Shown in pieces: positions 37,716 to 47,876 of a stretch of DNA of 64,000 nucleotides. The stretch's first letter is position 1; every line of letters begins with the position of its first letter. The notes beneath the pieces were generated by a model. It searched no databases. It was given only the letters and a program-made list of their open reading frames with translations, and had not been told where the DNA came from. Source of the DNA: an uncultured SAR86 cluster bacterium (GTDB lineage: Bacteria; Pseudomonadota; Gammaproteobacteria; Magnimaribacterales; D2472); the NCBI GenBank assembly GCA_902631785.1, contig CACOZT010000002.1, positions 18,996-82,995 of the forward strand, in the 5' to 3' direction. The position numbers and the translations under genes were made by a program.

Positions 37716-39223
37716 AGAAATATATTTATAGCTGTATATCCAACAATTGATAAAACTACAGTATATGGTAATGCCATGTATACCATTCTTAAATACGAGA
37801 GATTTATAAGTGGTGCAAGAGAAGATGTTAACAAAAATAAAAACGCAGCTTGGCCATTAGGTGTAGCAACGCTTGGGATATTTGTACCTGTATTTATTGC
37901 AATAGCAAGATTATTGAATTGAGTTTCAGTAATGACTCCATTATCAAATGCAGTTTTTACCTCGTTAATATAGATAGTTGCAACAAAAACATTGTCACTT
38001 ATTGCTGAAAGAAAACCATTTGCAACAAAAAACAATGAAGGTTGAGTCGAAGGATCCTGAGATAGAACATAATCAATAACTGGTGAGAAGAGATGTTGAT
38101 CATGAATAACACTTACAATAGCAAAAAAAACAGCAAGTAAAGCTGTAAATGGCAATGCCTCATGGAATGCTTCACCTAAATGATGCTCCTCAGTAATTCC
38201 TTTAAATGCTGTTAATAGAATTATTACGCTTAATCCAATTAACCCAACAGCAGCTAAATGAAGACCAAGAGCGATAACTAGAAAGATAGCTACAAGAGAT
38301 TCAACAAAAAGCTCAGCTCTATCTTTTGCTGTAATATTTTCTTCTCTATATACAGAATAATCATTAAAGATTTTTCTTATATTAGGTGGTAACTGATTTC
38401 CAAAACCAGCAATAGCAAATTTTTCAATCATAAAACATGTAAAAATACCTGCAACAAAAACAGGCATTGTTATAGGTGCCATTCTCAAAAAGAACTCTAC
38501 AAACTCCCATCCGGCTATTGTTGCAATTAGTAGATTTTGAGGTTCACCAACTAATGTACAAACTCCACCAAGGGCAGTACCAACTGCACCATGCATAACA
38601 AGATCTCTTAAAAATGCTTTAAAATCCTCTAGCTCTTCTAACTTTAAAGTATTTATTGATTGATTGTTATGGAAGTCATGAGTCTCATCTGAAAATGAAC
38701 TACCTGATGCAACGGCATGGTAAATTCTATAAAAACCAATAGTTACTCCAATTAAAACTGCAGTGACTGTAAGAGCGTCAAGAAAAGCAGATAAAACTGC
38801 AGCAGAAATACAAAATAAAAGTGATAATAATGTTTTTGATCTAATGCTTAACAATAATTTTGTAAAAATTGTTAACATTAAATTTTTCATAAAATAAATT
38901 CCCGCAACCATGAAAACTAAAAGCAGAATTACTTCTAAGTTATTTTCAATTTCGTGAAACACAGATTTTGTTGAAGTTAAGCCCATAACAATTGCTTCTA
39001 AAGCAAGCAAACCACCAGGCTGAAGCGGATAGCATTTTAGAGCCAATGCTAATGTAAAAATAAATTGTAATAAAAAAACCCATCCAATAATGAAATTTCC
39101 ATCTAATCCCATAGAATTAAGTATCATTAATAATGGTGGATTAATAACTAGAAAGCCTATTATGGTAGACTTGTACCACCCAGGGGCATTCCCTAGAAAT
39201 AATTTTTGTATTTCATTGAACAT
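37712..39223 (-). CDS. nhaB: Na+/H+ antiporter NhaB
   Basis: 503 aa. N-terminal LGNAPGWYK motif and a polytopic architecture of NhaB length. Confidence 0.85.
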   Translation of the reverse strand: MFNEIQKLFLGNAPGWYKSTIIGFLVINPPLLMILNSMGLDGNFIIGWVFLLQFIFTLALALKCYPLQPGGLLALEAIVMGLTSTKSVFHEIENNLEVILLLVFMVAGIYFMKNLMLTIFTKLLLSIRSKTLLSLLFCISAAVLSAFLDALTVTAVLIGVTIGFYRIYHAVASGSSFSDETHDFHNNQSINTLKLEELEDFKAFLRDLVMHGAVGTALGGVCTLVGEPQNLLIATIAGWEFVEFFLRMAPITMPVFVAGIFTCFMIEKFAIAGFGNQLPPNIRKIFNDYSVYREENITAKDRAELFVESLVAIFLVIALGLHLAAVGLIGLSVIILLTAFKGITEEHHLGEAFHEALPFTALLAVFFAIVSVIHDQHLFSPVIDYVLSQDPSTQPSLFFVANGFLSAISDNVFVATIYINEVKTAFDNGVITETQFNNLAIAINTGTNIPSVATPNGQAAFLFLLTSSLAPLINLSYLRMVYMALPYTVVLSIVGYTAINIFL

Positions 39224-39247
39224 AAGGACATTTTAAACTTAATTAAT

Positions 39248-40060
39248 ATGCATTTTAAAAGATTTTTAGAAATAAATGTTAACGAAAGGAATTATTTTAT
39301 TGTATTTAAAAACAATAAAATAATGTTCGAACCTGATTTAAAAACTTTTCTACTTGATAGTAGCTATTTGAATATTGATATAGAAAATTCGTTAGTTGTT
39401 GGAATAGCTGAATCTGAAAACAAAGTTTATGCCATTGATATTTCAAATTGTGAAAATGATATTAATGTGGGATATAAATCACTTGTTGAATATGATACTA
39501 GGCATTTATTAGCAATCTCAAAACCTGAAGATATCATTTTAATGGGGAGGGCGAATCAATTATTACATTGGCTGAGGAGTAATAAATATTCTGGCTATTC
39601 TGGAGAGTTAAATAAATTTGATAAAAATGAGGAGTCATTGATATGTCCAACAACATCCACAATGATATATCCTTCAATAGCTCCTTGCGTATTAGCAATG
39701 GTAACTAAAGGAGATGAAATTTTATTAGCAAGAAATAATTTATTTCCTGAGGGTCTTTATAGTGTATTAGCTGGCTTTGTAGAAGTATCTGAATCTGCTG
39801 AAGAAACGGTAAAGCGAGAGGTATTAGAAGAAGTAAATATTAAAGTAAACAATCTTAAATATTTCGGAAGCCAACCCTGGCCGTTTCCATCACAACTGAT
39901 GTTAGGTTTTTCATGCGAATATGAGTCAGGTGAAATAAAAGTTGATGAAACTGAAATCGTAGAAGCTAATTGGTATAAATACAATGAATTACCATATGTT
40001 CCTCCAACAACAAGCTTATCGGGCTTGTTAATTAACTCCTTTGTCGAGGATCATTCTTAG
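39248..40060 (+). CDS. nudC: NAD-capped RNA hydrolase / NADH pyrophosphatase (Nudix)
   Basis: Aligns by eye with E. coli NudC from RSNKYSGYSG through YPSIAPCV, Nudix box LAGFVEVSESAEETVKREVLEEVNI, and SQPWPFPSQLM. Start taken at ATG 39248 rather than the TTG at 39206, which overlaps nhaB. Confidence 0.8.
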   Translation: MHFKRFLEINVNERNYFIVFKNNKIMFEPDLKTFLLDSSYLNIDIENSLVVGIAESENKVYAIDISNCENDINVGYKSLVEYDTRHLLAISKPEDIILMGRANQLLHWLRSNKYSGYSGELNKFDKNEESLICPTTSTMIYPSIAPCVLAMVTKGDEILLARNNLFPEGLYSVLAGFVEVSESAEETVKREVLEEVNIKVNNLKYFGSQPWPFPSQLMLGFSCEYESGEIKVDETEIVEANWYKYNELPYVPPTTSLSGLLINSFVEDHS

Positions 40061-42011
40061 CGCGAAGAGGAATATCTTTTTTTGGCTTTTTATCTTTAAC
40101 AATTTCTTTCATTACTGGCTCTTTTGTTTTGTTTTGAACTTCTTTATTAGAATCATGTTTTATGGATTCATTATTATTTGATTCTTTAGTTTTAGTTTTT
40201 TTATTAATAGGATTTTTTTTGACATAAGAGCTCTTAGATTTTTTATTTGAAGTACTTTTATTATTTTTATCAGATTTATTAGTTTTGTTGTTAAAGTTTT
40301 TATTTTTATTTACTTTATTCCTTGGTGTGTTGTTTTTCTTTCTGTACTTTCTTTGTGGTTTTTTCTTTTGTTTAACTTCTTCGACCTCAATACCAGTTAT
40401 AGATTTAAGCCATTTCATCAGGCCAGCTTTTTTAGTTTTAGGCATTTTAGGCGGTTTAATGCCATCCACTAATGGCTTCATTGTCTTGGATTGATTATTT
40501 GCATCTCTCCAATTAATGTTGGGTTCTGGACTATCAGGAGTTAATTTATATGAATCTGTGTTTTTTACATCAGAACCTTTGATTCTTACAACTTTGTAAT
40601 ATGGTCGTGATTTGTATGGATCAGCAATAACAAGAACTTTTACCTTGTTTGTTTTTTCAATACTAATAATGTCATATCTCTTTTCATTTAAAAGGTAGCT
40701 AGCAACATCTGATGGTACATAAACGTGAATTTCGCCAGTATTATCTTTAGCGGCATCTTCTCCAACTATTCGAAGAATAGACAATCCTAATGATCTCGGG
40801 CCTCTAACTAAAACATGTTCAATATCATAAGATTCGTTCAGAGAAGGGCGAAGACGTTGTCTTGATATTTCTAAAAGACCAAATCTGGATATATTTGAAA
40901 TTTGCACTCTAGCTCTATCAGAATATATAGCTTTTCTAAATGCTGATTCAACTTTATTTTGATTATCTTCATTTGTCATATCAATAAAATCTATGACTAC
41001 AAGACCACCGACATCTCTAAGCCTAAGCTGTCTTGCGACTTCTTTTGCTGCTTCTATATTAGTTTTGAAAGCTGTTTCTTCAATATCTTTACCTTTCGTT
41101 GATCTTGCTGAATTTACATCAATTGTTGTCATTGCCTCGGTTGGATCAATTACAATGGATCCACCTGAACTTAGTGATATCTCTCTTTGAAAAGCTAGCT
41201 CTATTTGCGATTCTATTTGGTATCTATTAAATAGTGGAATTTCTTCATCATAGAACTTAACCTTTTCTGAATGATCAGGAATTACAGCTTCTATAAATTC
41301 TTTAGCTTCGTTAAAAATTTCTTTATCGTCAATTAAAATTTCTTCAATATCTTCTTTAAAATAATCTCTAACAACTCTGACAATTAATTTATCGTCTCTA
41401 TAAATTAGAGATGGCGAGGTGGCATTAGGAATAGTGTTATTAATCTCATCCCATAAAGCCAATAGGTATGCTAAATCTAAACTTAACTCTTCAACAGTTC
41501 TACCTAATCCATTAGTTCTTACTATTGCGCTCATGTTTTCAGGAATATTCAATTTTTCTAGAATATTTTTTATTTGATCTCTCTCTTCTCCACCTATTCT
41601 TCTAGAAATACCACCTGAACGAGATGAGTTAGGAATTAAGACTAAAAATCTCCCGGCTAGACCTATTTGGGTTGTAAGTGCAGCTCCTTTTGTTCCTCTT
41701 TCTTCTTTTGTAACCTGAACAATGATTTCTTGACCTTCTTCAAGTGTACAAATAAATTTTCCTTTTTTATCCTTTTTGTAGTATTGATTTGAAAGATCTT
41801 TCAAGGGTAAAAAACCATGTCTCTCTGAACCAAAGTTCACAAATGCTGCATCTAGGCTTGATTCTATTCTTGATACAGTAGCTTTAAATACACTTCCTTT
41901 TAAAAGTATTTTTTCAGGTGATTCTGTATCAAAATCATAAAGCTTAGCACCATCTACAAGGGCAACCCGCAGTTCATCACCGTAAGATGAGTTAATTAGT
42001 ATTCTTTTCAT
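40032..42011 (-). CDS. rne: Ribonuclease E (short form with Lys/Asn-rich tail)
   Basis: 659 aa. N-terminal S1 domain plus RNase E/G catalytic core (MKRILIN..., DFIDM, RFGLLEISRQR), then about 150 aa of K/N-rich low complexity. Divergent from rluC, as in E. coli. Confidence 0.85.
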   Translation of the reverse strand: MKRILINSSYGDELRVALVDGAKLYDFDTESPEKILLKGSVFKATVSRIESSLDAAFVNFGSERHGFLPLKDLSNQYYKKDKKGKFICTLEEGQEIIVQVTKEERGTKGAALTTQIGLAGRFLVLIPNSSRSGGISRRIGGEERDQIKNILEKLNIPENMSAIVRTNGLGRTVEELSLDLAYLLALWDEINNTIPNATSPSLIYRDDKLIVRVVRDYFKEDIEEILIDDKEIFNEAKEFIEAVIPDHSEKVKFYDEEIPLFNRYQIESQIELAFQREISLSSGGSIVIDPTEAMTTIDVNSARSTKGKDIEETAFKTNIEAAKEVARQLRLRDVGGLVVIDFIDMTNEDNQNKVESAFRKAIYSDRARVQISNISRFGLLEISRQRLRPSLNESYDIEHVLVRGPRSLGLSILRIVGEDAAKDNTGEIHVYVPSDVASYLLNEKRYDIISIEKTNKVKVLVIADPYKSRPYYKVVRIKGSDVKNTDSYKLTPDSPEPNINWRDANNQSKTMKPLVDGIKPPKMPKTKKAGLMKWLKSITGIEVEEVKQKKKPQRKYRKKNNTPRNKVNKNKNFNNKTNKSDKNNKSTSNKKSKSSYVKKNPINKKTKTKESNNNESIKHDSNKEVQNKTKEPVMKEIVKDKKPKKDIPLRAKNDPRQRS

Positions 42012-42204
42012 TTTTTCTCCCTAAATAGGAAGATAATTCAGCAGTATGCTTAATTTAAGCGTTTATCAGTAAGTCTTACTATCTATTATGCTTACGTGAT
42101 TAGCTCTGTTAGGAGCTTTAATATATAACTGTTGTATTTATCTTTCTTTGTTAATTTACTAGGTAAACCTAGTTATTTAGGTATATATCCTATAGATTTG
42201 TATC

Positions 42205-43086
42205 ATGACTGTCAAAAAAATAGCCATAAACGAAGAGAATGAAGGTAGAAGGATTGATAATTTTTTAATATCTTTATTTAACTCAGTCCCTAAAAGTAAA
42301 ATTTATAATATTATTAGAAAAGGTGAGGTAAGAGTAAATTCTTCAAGAAAAAAACCAAGTTATAAACTTAAATTAAATGATTTAATACGTATTCCTCCTA
42401 ATCTCGAGGTCTCTGATAAAAAACCTAAAAAAATTGAATCTGAAGAAATTTTAAAACATACACAAAACATACTTTACGAAAATGAAAACTTTATAGTTGC
42501 CAATAAAAGAAATGATATTTCTGTTCATGGAGGCTCTAAACAATCTTTTGGTTTGATTGATATATTTAGAAAAAAATATGGTGAAAATATTGATTTATGC
42601 CATAGATTAGATAAATCAACATCAGGCTGCATCGTATTTGCTAAAAATAAAAAAGCTGTTAAACATTTTGGTGAAAATTTATCAAAAAAATGTGTTAGAA
42701 AAGTTTATTCAACAATACTTAAAGGCAAACTTAAACAAAATATTAGTGTAGACATACCGGTGTACAAAAACTCAACCTCAAACTCTAAAATTGCATCTTC
42801 AAAATTTATTTTACAAAAGAGATTAAAAAATACTTCATTTGTTGATGTAGAGATAGATACTGGAAGGACTCATCAAATTAGAATTCATGCAGCAAAAATA
42901 AAGCATCCTATTCTTTTTGATCAAAAATATGGCGATAAAGATTTTGATAAATCATTAAAAATTGGAAAATATAAAATAGCGCTTCATGCAAAAGAAATAT
43001 CTTTTTTTGATCTAGATAACAAAAAAATCAATGTTGAATCAAAACTCCCTCTTGAATTTAAAGAAATGCTCAAAAATCTCGAATAA
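42205..43086 (+). CDS. rluC: 23S rRNA pseudouridine synthase, RluA family with S4 domain (RluC-like)
   Basis: 293 aa. N-terminal S4 domain (RIDNFLISL...IRKGEVRVN), HRLDKSTSG catalytic motif, GRTHQIRIH. Confidence 0.8.
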   Translation: MTVKKIAINEENEGRRIDNFLISLFNSVPKSKIYNIIRKGEVRVNSSRKKPSYKLKLNDLIRIPPNLEVSDKKPKKIESEEILKHTQNILYENENFIVANKRNDISVHGGSKQSFGLIDIFRKKYGENIDLCHRLDKSTSGCIVFAKNKKAVKHFGENLSKKCVRKVYSTILKGKLKQNISVDIPVYKNSTSNSKIASSKFILQKRLKNTSFVDVEIDTGRTHQIRIHAAKIKHPILFDQKYGDKDFDKSLKIGKYKIALHAKEISFFDLDNKKINVESKLPLEFKEMLKNLE

Positions 43087-43141
43087 ATTTGCTGTTATTA
43101 TCTATAAAATTTTGATAGGATAGCGTTTTTTAGGGCATATT

Positions 43142-43351
43142 ATGGCAGTACAAAAAAGTAAAGTTACTAGGTCTAGAAGAGGTCAAAGGAGATCTCATGA
43201 TGCTTTAAAGTCTAAAACTTTATCAATTGATCCAGTTTCTGGAGAAAAACATTTACGTCATCAAATGACAAAAGATGGTTTTTATAAAGGTAGATTGATT
43301 AAAGATCTAAGAAAACCTATCAAAGAAGAGTCAGAAGAAGTAACATCATAG
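43142..43351 (+). CDS. rpmF: 50S ribosomal protein L32
   Basis: [22 protein letters not shown] is the canonical L32 N-terminus. Confidence 0.95.
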   Translation: MAVQKSKVTRSRRGQRRSHDALKSKTLSIDPVSGEKHLRHQMTKDGFYKGRLIKDLRKPIKEESEEVTS

Positions 43352-43353
43352 TT

Positions 43354-44274
43354 ATGCCTAGGCATATAAGTATTCTCTTTCCAGGACAAGGTTCTCAATC
43401 ACTTGGAATGCTTAATAATCATTCCATAAATTTACTCAATTCATACGAAAAAGATATAACTAATATGCTTGGATTTAATCTATTAGATATTATAGAAAAC
43501 GGACCTGTAGAGGATTTAAACAGAACTTCAGTGACTCAGCCTGCAATTCTTTTATCCTCGATTTTAGATTTTTACCATATCTCTAAAGAGCTTGATTTAA
43601 AACTCAATCTTTTATGTGGACACTCCCTTGGAGAATATAGCGCATTAGTTGCTGCAAATTCTATTTCGTTGCTCGAAGGAATCTCACTAGTCCATAAAAG
43701 AGGCAAACTCATGGAAAAGTGCCCAAAAGGAGCGATGTGCGCAGTTTTAAATACTGATATCAAAATAATAAGAGATATATGCATTGAAGTTGAAAATGAT
43801 ATAAACACTATAGTCGCACCTGCAAACCTTAATTCGCCCAATCAAATCGTAATTTCTGGAAACGAAGAGGGAGTTGATGAGGTTGTCAAACGTCTAAAAG
43901 AAAGTGGACATAAAAAATGTATTAAGCTTAAGGTAAGTGTTGCCTCACACTCTAAAGTAATGAATAACACTATTGATAAATTTAATGATGAGTTACATAA
44001 AACTAAAATCGCCCCACCAGAATATTCAATTATCCAAAACGTTAATAGCAATATTCCAGAAAGTATTGATGAATTAAAGAAAAATTTATTAAATCAACTA
44101 ACTATGCCTGTCCAGTGGATAGATACGATGGAATATATTAAAAAATATAACGGAATTGTTATTGAATGTGGTCCAAATAAAGTTTTGTCTGGTCTAGCTA
44201 AGGCTAACGGCATAGATAACATTTACTCAACTTCATCACCAGATTTTTTTGATAAAATTAAGGAAGTATTATGA
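43354..44274 (+). CDS. fabD: Malonyl CoA-ACP transacylase
   Basis: 306 aa. FPGQGSQ, GHSLGEYSAL and VASHS motifs. Confidence 0.9.
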   Translation: MPRHISILFPGQGSQSLGMLNNHSINLLNSYEKDITNMLGFNLLDIIENGPVEDLNRTSVTQPAILLSSILDFYHISKELDLKLNLLCGHSLGEYSALVAANSISLLEGISLVHKRGKLMEKCPKGAMCAVLNTDIKIIRDICIEVENDINTIVAPANLNSPNQIVISGNEEGVDEVVKRLKESGHKKCIKLKVSVASHSKVMNNTIDKFNDELHKTKIAPPEYSIIQNVNSNIPESIDELKKNLLNQLTMPVQWIDTMEYIKKYNGIVIECGPNKVLSGLAKANGIDNIYSTSSPDFFDKIKEVL

Positions 44275-44987
44275 GTAATGGTAATGTCTTTATTTCTGGA
44301 GCATCAAGAGGTATTGGTAATTCAATTGCTAAATATTTTGTTCAAAATGATTACATAGTTGTTGGCACTTCCAGAAATGAATTTAAATTTGACGTTAAAA
44401 CTGAAAATCTTATTCCTGTAAAGCTTGATGTAACATCGAGAGATGATGTTAAGAAGTGTTTTGATTTTTTAAAATCAGAAAATTTACTACCTGATATTCT
44501 TATAAATAATGCTGGTATTACTTCAGATCAAATTTTCTTAAGAATGAAGAATGAAGATTGGGATAATGTTATTGATACAAACCTTAATGGAGTTTTTAAT
44601 TTATCTAAGATATTTGTAAAAAATATGATTAAAAATAAAAAAGGAAGAATTATAAATATTTCATCTATATCTGGATTAATGGGAAATCCTGGGCAAGTTA
44701 ATTATTCATCATCAAAGTCAGCGCTTAATGGATTTACCAAATCGTTGGCTAAGGAGTTAGGCTCTAGAAATATAACTGTGAATTGCATTGCTCCTGGGTT
44801 TATTGAAACTGATATGACATCTTTTTTAGAAGAGGACGCGAAGCAACGAATTGAAGAAACTATTCCACTAGGTCGACTAGGTAAAGCTGAAGATATAGCA
44901 AAATTAGTTGCATTCTTAGCATCTGATGAAGCTTCATACATTACAGGTCAAACCATTTCTATTGATGGTGGCTTGCTTATGTATTAA
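44271..44987 (+). CDS. fabG: 3-oxoacyl-ACP reductase
   Basis: 238 aa. GASRGIG, NNAG, YSSSK catalytic tetrad region. ATGA overlap with fabD. Confidence 0.9.
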   Translation: MSNGNVFISGASRGIGNSIAKYFVQNDYIVVGTSRNEFKFDVKTENLIPVKLDVTSRDDVKKCFDFLKSENLLPDILINNAGITSDQIFLRMKNEDWDNVIDTNLNGVFNLSKIFVKNMIKNKKGRIINISSISGLMGNPGQVNYSSSKSALNGFTKSLAKELGSRNITVNCIAPGFIETDMTSFLEEDAKQRIEETIPLGRLGKAEDIAKLVAFLASDEASYITGQTISIDGGLLMY

Positions 44988-45057
44988 TAAAAATGTGCAA
45001 CTTTGAACTATTACATGTAAAATGTGTCAAATTTCAATATAGGGTAATGGAGATATT

Positions 45058-45288
45058 ATGAGTGTTGAAGATAGAGTCAAAAAAATTGTAAGCGATCAAC
45101 TGGGTAAATCTGTTGAAGAAATCGAAAGCGATTCATCATTTGTCGATGACCTTGGAGCAGATTCACTTGATACTGTTGAGCTTGTAATGGCACTTGAAGA
45201 AGAGTTTGATCTTGAAATTGCTGATGAGGACGCTGAAAAAATTTCAACAGTAAATGAAGCTGTTGAATACATAAATTCAAATTCATAA
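45058..45288 (+). CDS. acpP: Acyl carrier protein
   Basis: 76 aa. [21 protein letters not shown] with the phosphopantetheine-attachment Ser. Confidence 0.95.
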   Translation: MSVEDRVKKIVSDQLGKSVEEIESDSSFVDDLGADSLDTVELVMALEEEFDLEIADEDAEKISTVNEAVEYINSNS

Positions 45289-45349
45289 AAATTTAATTTT
45301 CAAATTTTTTTAAATGTTTACAATAACATTTGTTATATAAACATTTTTT

Positions 45350-46306
45350 ATGTATTTAATAAGAACGTCAATAATTTTTACTTTTTTACTCTTATTATCA
45401 ATATATGCTCCATACACAGCATTTCTCAATCATGAACCTCATATTAAAGATAAGGTTATATACATTGAAAAGGGCGATACGATAAATGAAGTTTTTTCTT
45501 CATTTTTACCATTAAATTTTGCAAATAAACTCTTTTTAAAAATCTATTCTTTTACAAATGATCTGGATTTATTTCAATCTGGTGAATATGAGATCGGTAA
45601 TAAGTCTATTATAGATATTATCTATCTAATTAAATCTGGTGAAACAGTAACTCATAAATTTAAAATAAACGAAGGCCTCACAATTTATGATATTGAAAAC
45701 TTAATTAATAATTCATATCTTATAAATGATTGTAGTTTTCTCGATTGTATAGATACAAATTTTTCATTCAAAGAAGGCATTCTTTACCCAGATACATATT
45801 TTTATAAAAAAGGCATGAATGCATCCGAAATATTAAAAGAGAGCCATAATAGATTAGAAAATTTTTTAAATAATAAATTAAAAAACAAAGTCACTGATAC
45901 ATTATTAAGTAAAGAAGAAATTTTGATACTTGCCTCAATTATTGAAAAAGAAGCAGGTAATGATCAGGAAAAAACTACAATTGCTAGTGTTTTCCTTAAA
46001 AGATTATCTATAGGTATGAAGCTTCAAGCTGATCCAACAATAATTTATGGTTTGTTACCAAATTTTGATGGAGATATAAAAAAATCTGATATTCTTAATA
46101 AAAATAATAAATATAATACGTATATGATTAATGGCTTGCCACCAACACCTATATCAATATCTTCAATTTCTTCTATAAATGCATCTATTGATTCAATTCC
46201 TGGTGAATACCTATTTTTCGTAGCAGACTCACCAACTTCACATTACTTTTCTAAGACTTATGAAGAACATCTCAACAAAATCAATCAGCTGGGCCTAAAT
46301 AAATGA
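45350..46306 (+). CDS. mltG: Endolytic murein transglycosylase MltG (YceG family)
   Basis: 318 aa. N-terminal TM anchor, EGILYPDTY, ASIIEKEA, LQADPTIIYG, YNTYMINGLPPTPI. Confidence 0.85.
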   Translation: MYLIRTSIIFTFLLLLSIYAPYTAFLNHEPHIKDKVIYIEKGDTINEVFSSFLPLNFANKLFLKIYSFTNDLDLFQSGEYEIGNKSIIDIIYLIKSGETVTHKFKINEGLTIYDIENLINNSYLINDCSFLDCIDTNFSFKEGILYPDTYFYKKGMNASEILKESHNRLENFLNNKLKNKVTDTLLSKEEILILASIIEKEAGNDQEKTTIASVFLKRLSIGMKLQADPTIIYGLLPNFDGDIKKSDILNKNNKYNTYMINGLPPTPISISSISSINASIDSIPGEYLFFVADSPTSHYFSKTYEEHLNKINQLGLNK

Positions 46307-46893
46307 AAATTATTTCATTTGAAGGCATTGAGGGGGTTGGTAAATCAACACAGCTTAGACTTTTAAAAGACTATCTTGAATCAAAACATTTTTTAGTTGA
46401 GGTATATAGGGAGCCTGGATCTACAAATACTGGAGAGAAAATAAGAGATATTTTACTGAATTCAGCTAATGAATTATCAAATGAGGCAGAGCTTTTATTA
46501 ATGTTTGCATCTAGAGCTGAGCTAATTAAACATAAAATTAAAAAAAGTAAATCAGATTATTTATTACTAGATAGATTTTATGACGCTTCTCTTGCATATC
46601 AAGGTTATGGTAGAAAGCTTTCTATCCCTTTAATCGAGTCACTTATAACATTTACAGATTGTCCTGTTCCAAATTACAGTATTTTGTTAGATATTCCAGT
46701 TGAAGAGGGTTTTGCCCGAAAAACTAATGATGATATTGATAGAATTGAATCATCTAGTAAAAGCTTCTTTGAGAGAGTTAGAAAAGGTTATCTTAAGATT
46801 GCAAAAGAAAATAATGATAGATTTATAAAAATAAATGCCTCTCTAGACATTGATAAAGTTCATCAAAAAATTATTAATCACATCGAGTCGTAG
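46303..46893 (+). CDS. tmk: dTMP (thymidylate) kinase
   Basis: 196 aa. P-loop FEGIEGVGKST, the DRF motif (LLLDRFYDAS), and the AYQGYGR segment just after it. Confidence 0.9.
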   Translation: MKIISFEGIEGVGKSTQLRLLKDYLESKHFLVEVYREPGSTNTGEKIRDILLNSANELSNEAELLLMFASRAELIKHKIKKSKSDYLLLDRFYDASLAYQGYGRKLSIPLIESLITFTDCPVPNYSILLDIPVEEGFARKTNDDIDRIESSSKSFFERVRKGYLKIAKENNDRFIKINASLDIDKVHQKIINHIES

Positions 46894-46895
46894 TA

Positions 46896-47876
46896 ATGAC
46901 TATTGAAAAATATAATTGGCTTTTTGAAATATACCAAAAAATTAATTTTGATAAATTACCTCACGGAATAATAATTAATGGCTCAAATGGTATTGGTAAA
47001 AAGTTACTTGCTAATGAAATAGCTGCAAAATTATTAATTAATAAATCAACTAACTCCCTTGATCGAGACTTAATCGAGTCTAATTCTCATCCTGATCTAT
47101 TTATAGTTGATAAAGACAAAATTATTTTAAGACATATAACTTTTAGAAAATCACAAAAAAAAGAAGATTGGGATGAGGAACTTGGAGAAAGGAATGTTAA
47201 TAACTTTTTGTCCATGAGTTCATCTATATCACTTAATAAAGTTGTAATTTTATTCAACGCCGAAACTATGAATCCACAGTCGCAAGCTGCAATTTTAAAA
47301 ACCTTAGAAGAGCCGTCACCTAACAGCTACATTATATTTACAACTAATAGACCCAAATCTTTATTTGAAACTATTTATAGTAGATGCCAAGTAATAAATA
47401 TTCCTAATTTAACTGAATCATCCTTAAATGATTGGCTAAGTAAAAATGGAATCTCTGATCTGAATTCAAATCACTTTCCAAGTTTTATTTCACCATTAAA
47501 TATTCTTGAAGATATTCAAAATGACAAACATTCAAGTTTCAAAAACTTTGTTTTAATAATATCTGATTATATTGAAAATAAACTAGATACTAATTTAGCA
47601 ATTAAGAATATTTCAAATTTGGAAATTGATTTTGTTACAAAAACAAATTATTTAATTGAGTTTCTTAAAATTCTACTTAAATCAAATTTATTATCTGAGG
47701 AATTATCAGGTTTATATAAAAAATTTAACTCATCTAAATTTAATAATTTAAAGATATCTAATTTGATAAACGAATTAAATGATGTTCGATATAATTATTT
47801 CAGTGTTCCACAAATCAATGAAACACATGTATTAAATTATTTTTTTAGTGAATTGAAAAATTCAATCAAGATATAG
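46896..47876 (+). CDS. holB: DNA polymerase III subunit delta'
   Basis: 326 aa. Degenerate P-loop GSNGIGKK, AAILKTLEEP and SRCQ motifs. Position after tmk as in E. coli. Confidence 0.75.
   Translation: MTIEKYNWLFEIYQKINFDKLPHGIIINGSNGIGKKLLANEIAAKLLINKSTNSLDRDLIESNSHPDLFIVDKDKIILRHITFRKSQKKEDWDEELGERNVNNFLSMSSSISLNKVVILFNAETMNPQSQAAILKTLEEPSPNSYIIFTTNRPKSLFETIYSRCQVINIPNLTESSLNDWLSKNGISDLNSNHFPSFISPLNILEDIQNDKHSSFKNFVLIISDYIENKLDTNLAIKNISNLEIDFVTKTNYLIEFLKILLKSNLLSEELSGLYKKFNSSKFNNLKISNLINELNDVRYNYFSVPQINETHVLNYFFSELKNSIKI

Noticed and set aside
40100-40420. Highly repetitive A/T-rich DNA (runs of ttt/aaa units) that looks at first like a tandem repeat or array.
   Set aside because: On the minus strand it is the in-frame Lys/Asn-rich tail of rne. 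There is no regular repeat-spacer periodicity, so it is not a CRISPR array or a satellite.
42012-42204. The 193-bp rne/rluC divergent spacer as an rne 5'UTR autoregulatory element, like the E. coli hp2/hp3 hairpins.
   Set aside because: Only short AT-rich hairpins (AGTAAG/CTTACT, AGCTC/GAGCT) are visible. I cannot show homology to the E. coli rne leader, so no feature is called.
45300-45349. AT-only hairpin (AAATGTT-N6-AACATTT) after acpP as a terminator. A similar AGATC/GATCT hairpin with a T-run lies near 51665-51700.
   Set aside because: The stems are short and purely A/T or only 5 bp long, so their stability is doubtful. The second has no upstream + strand gene to terminate.
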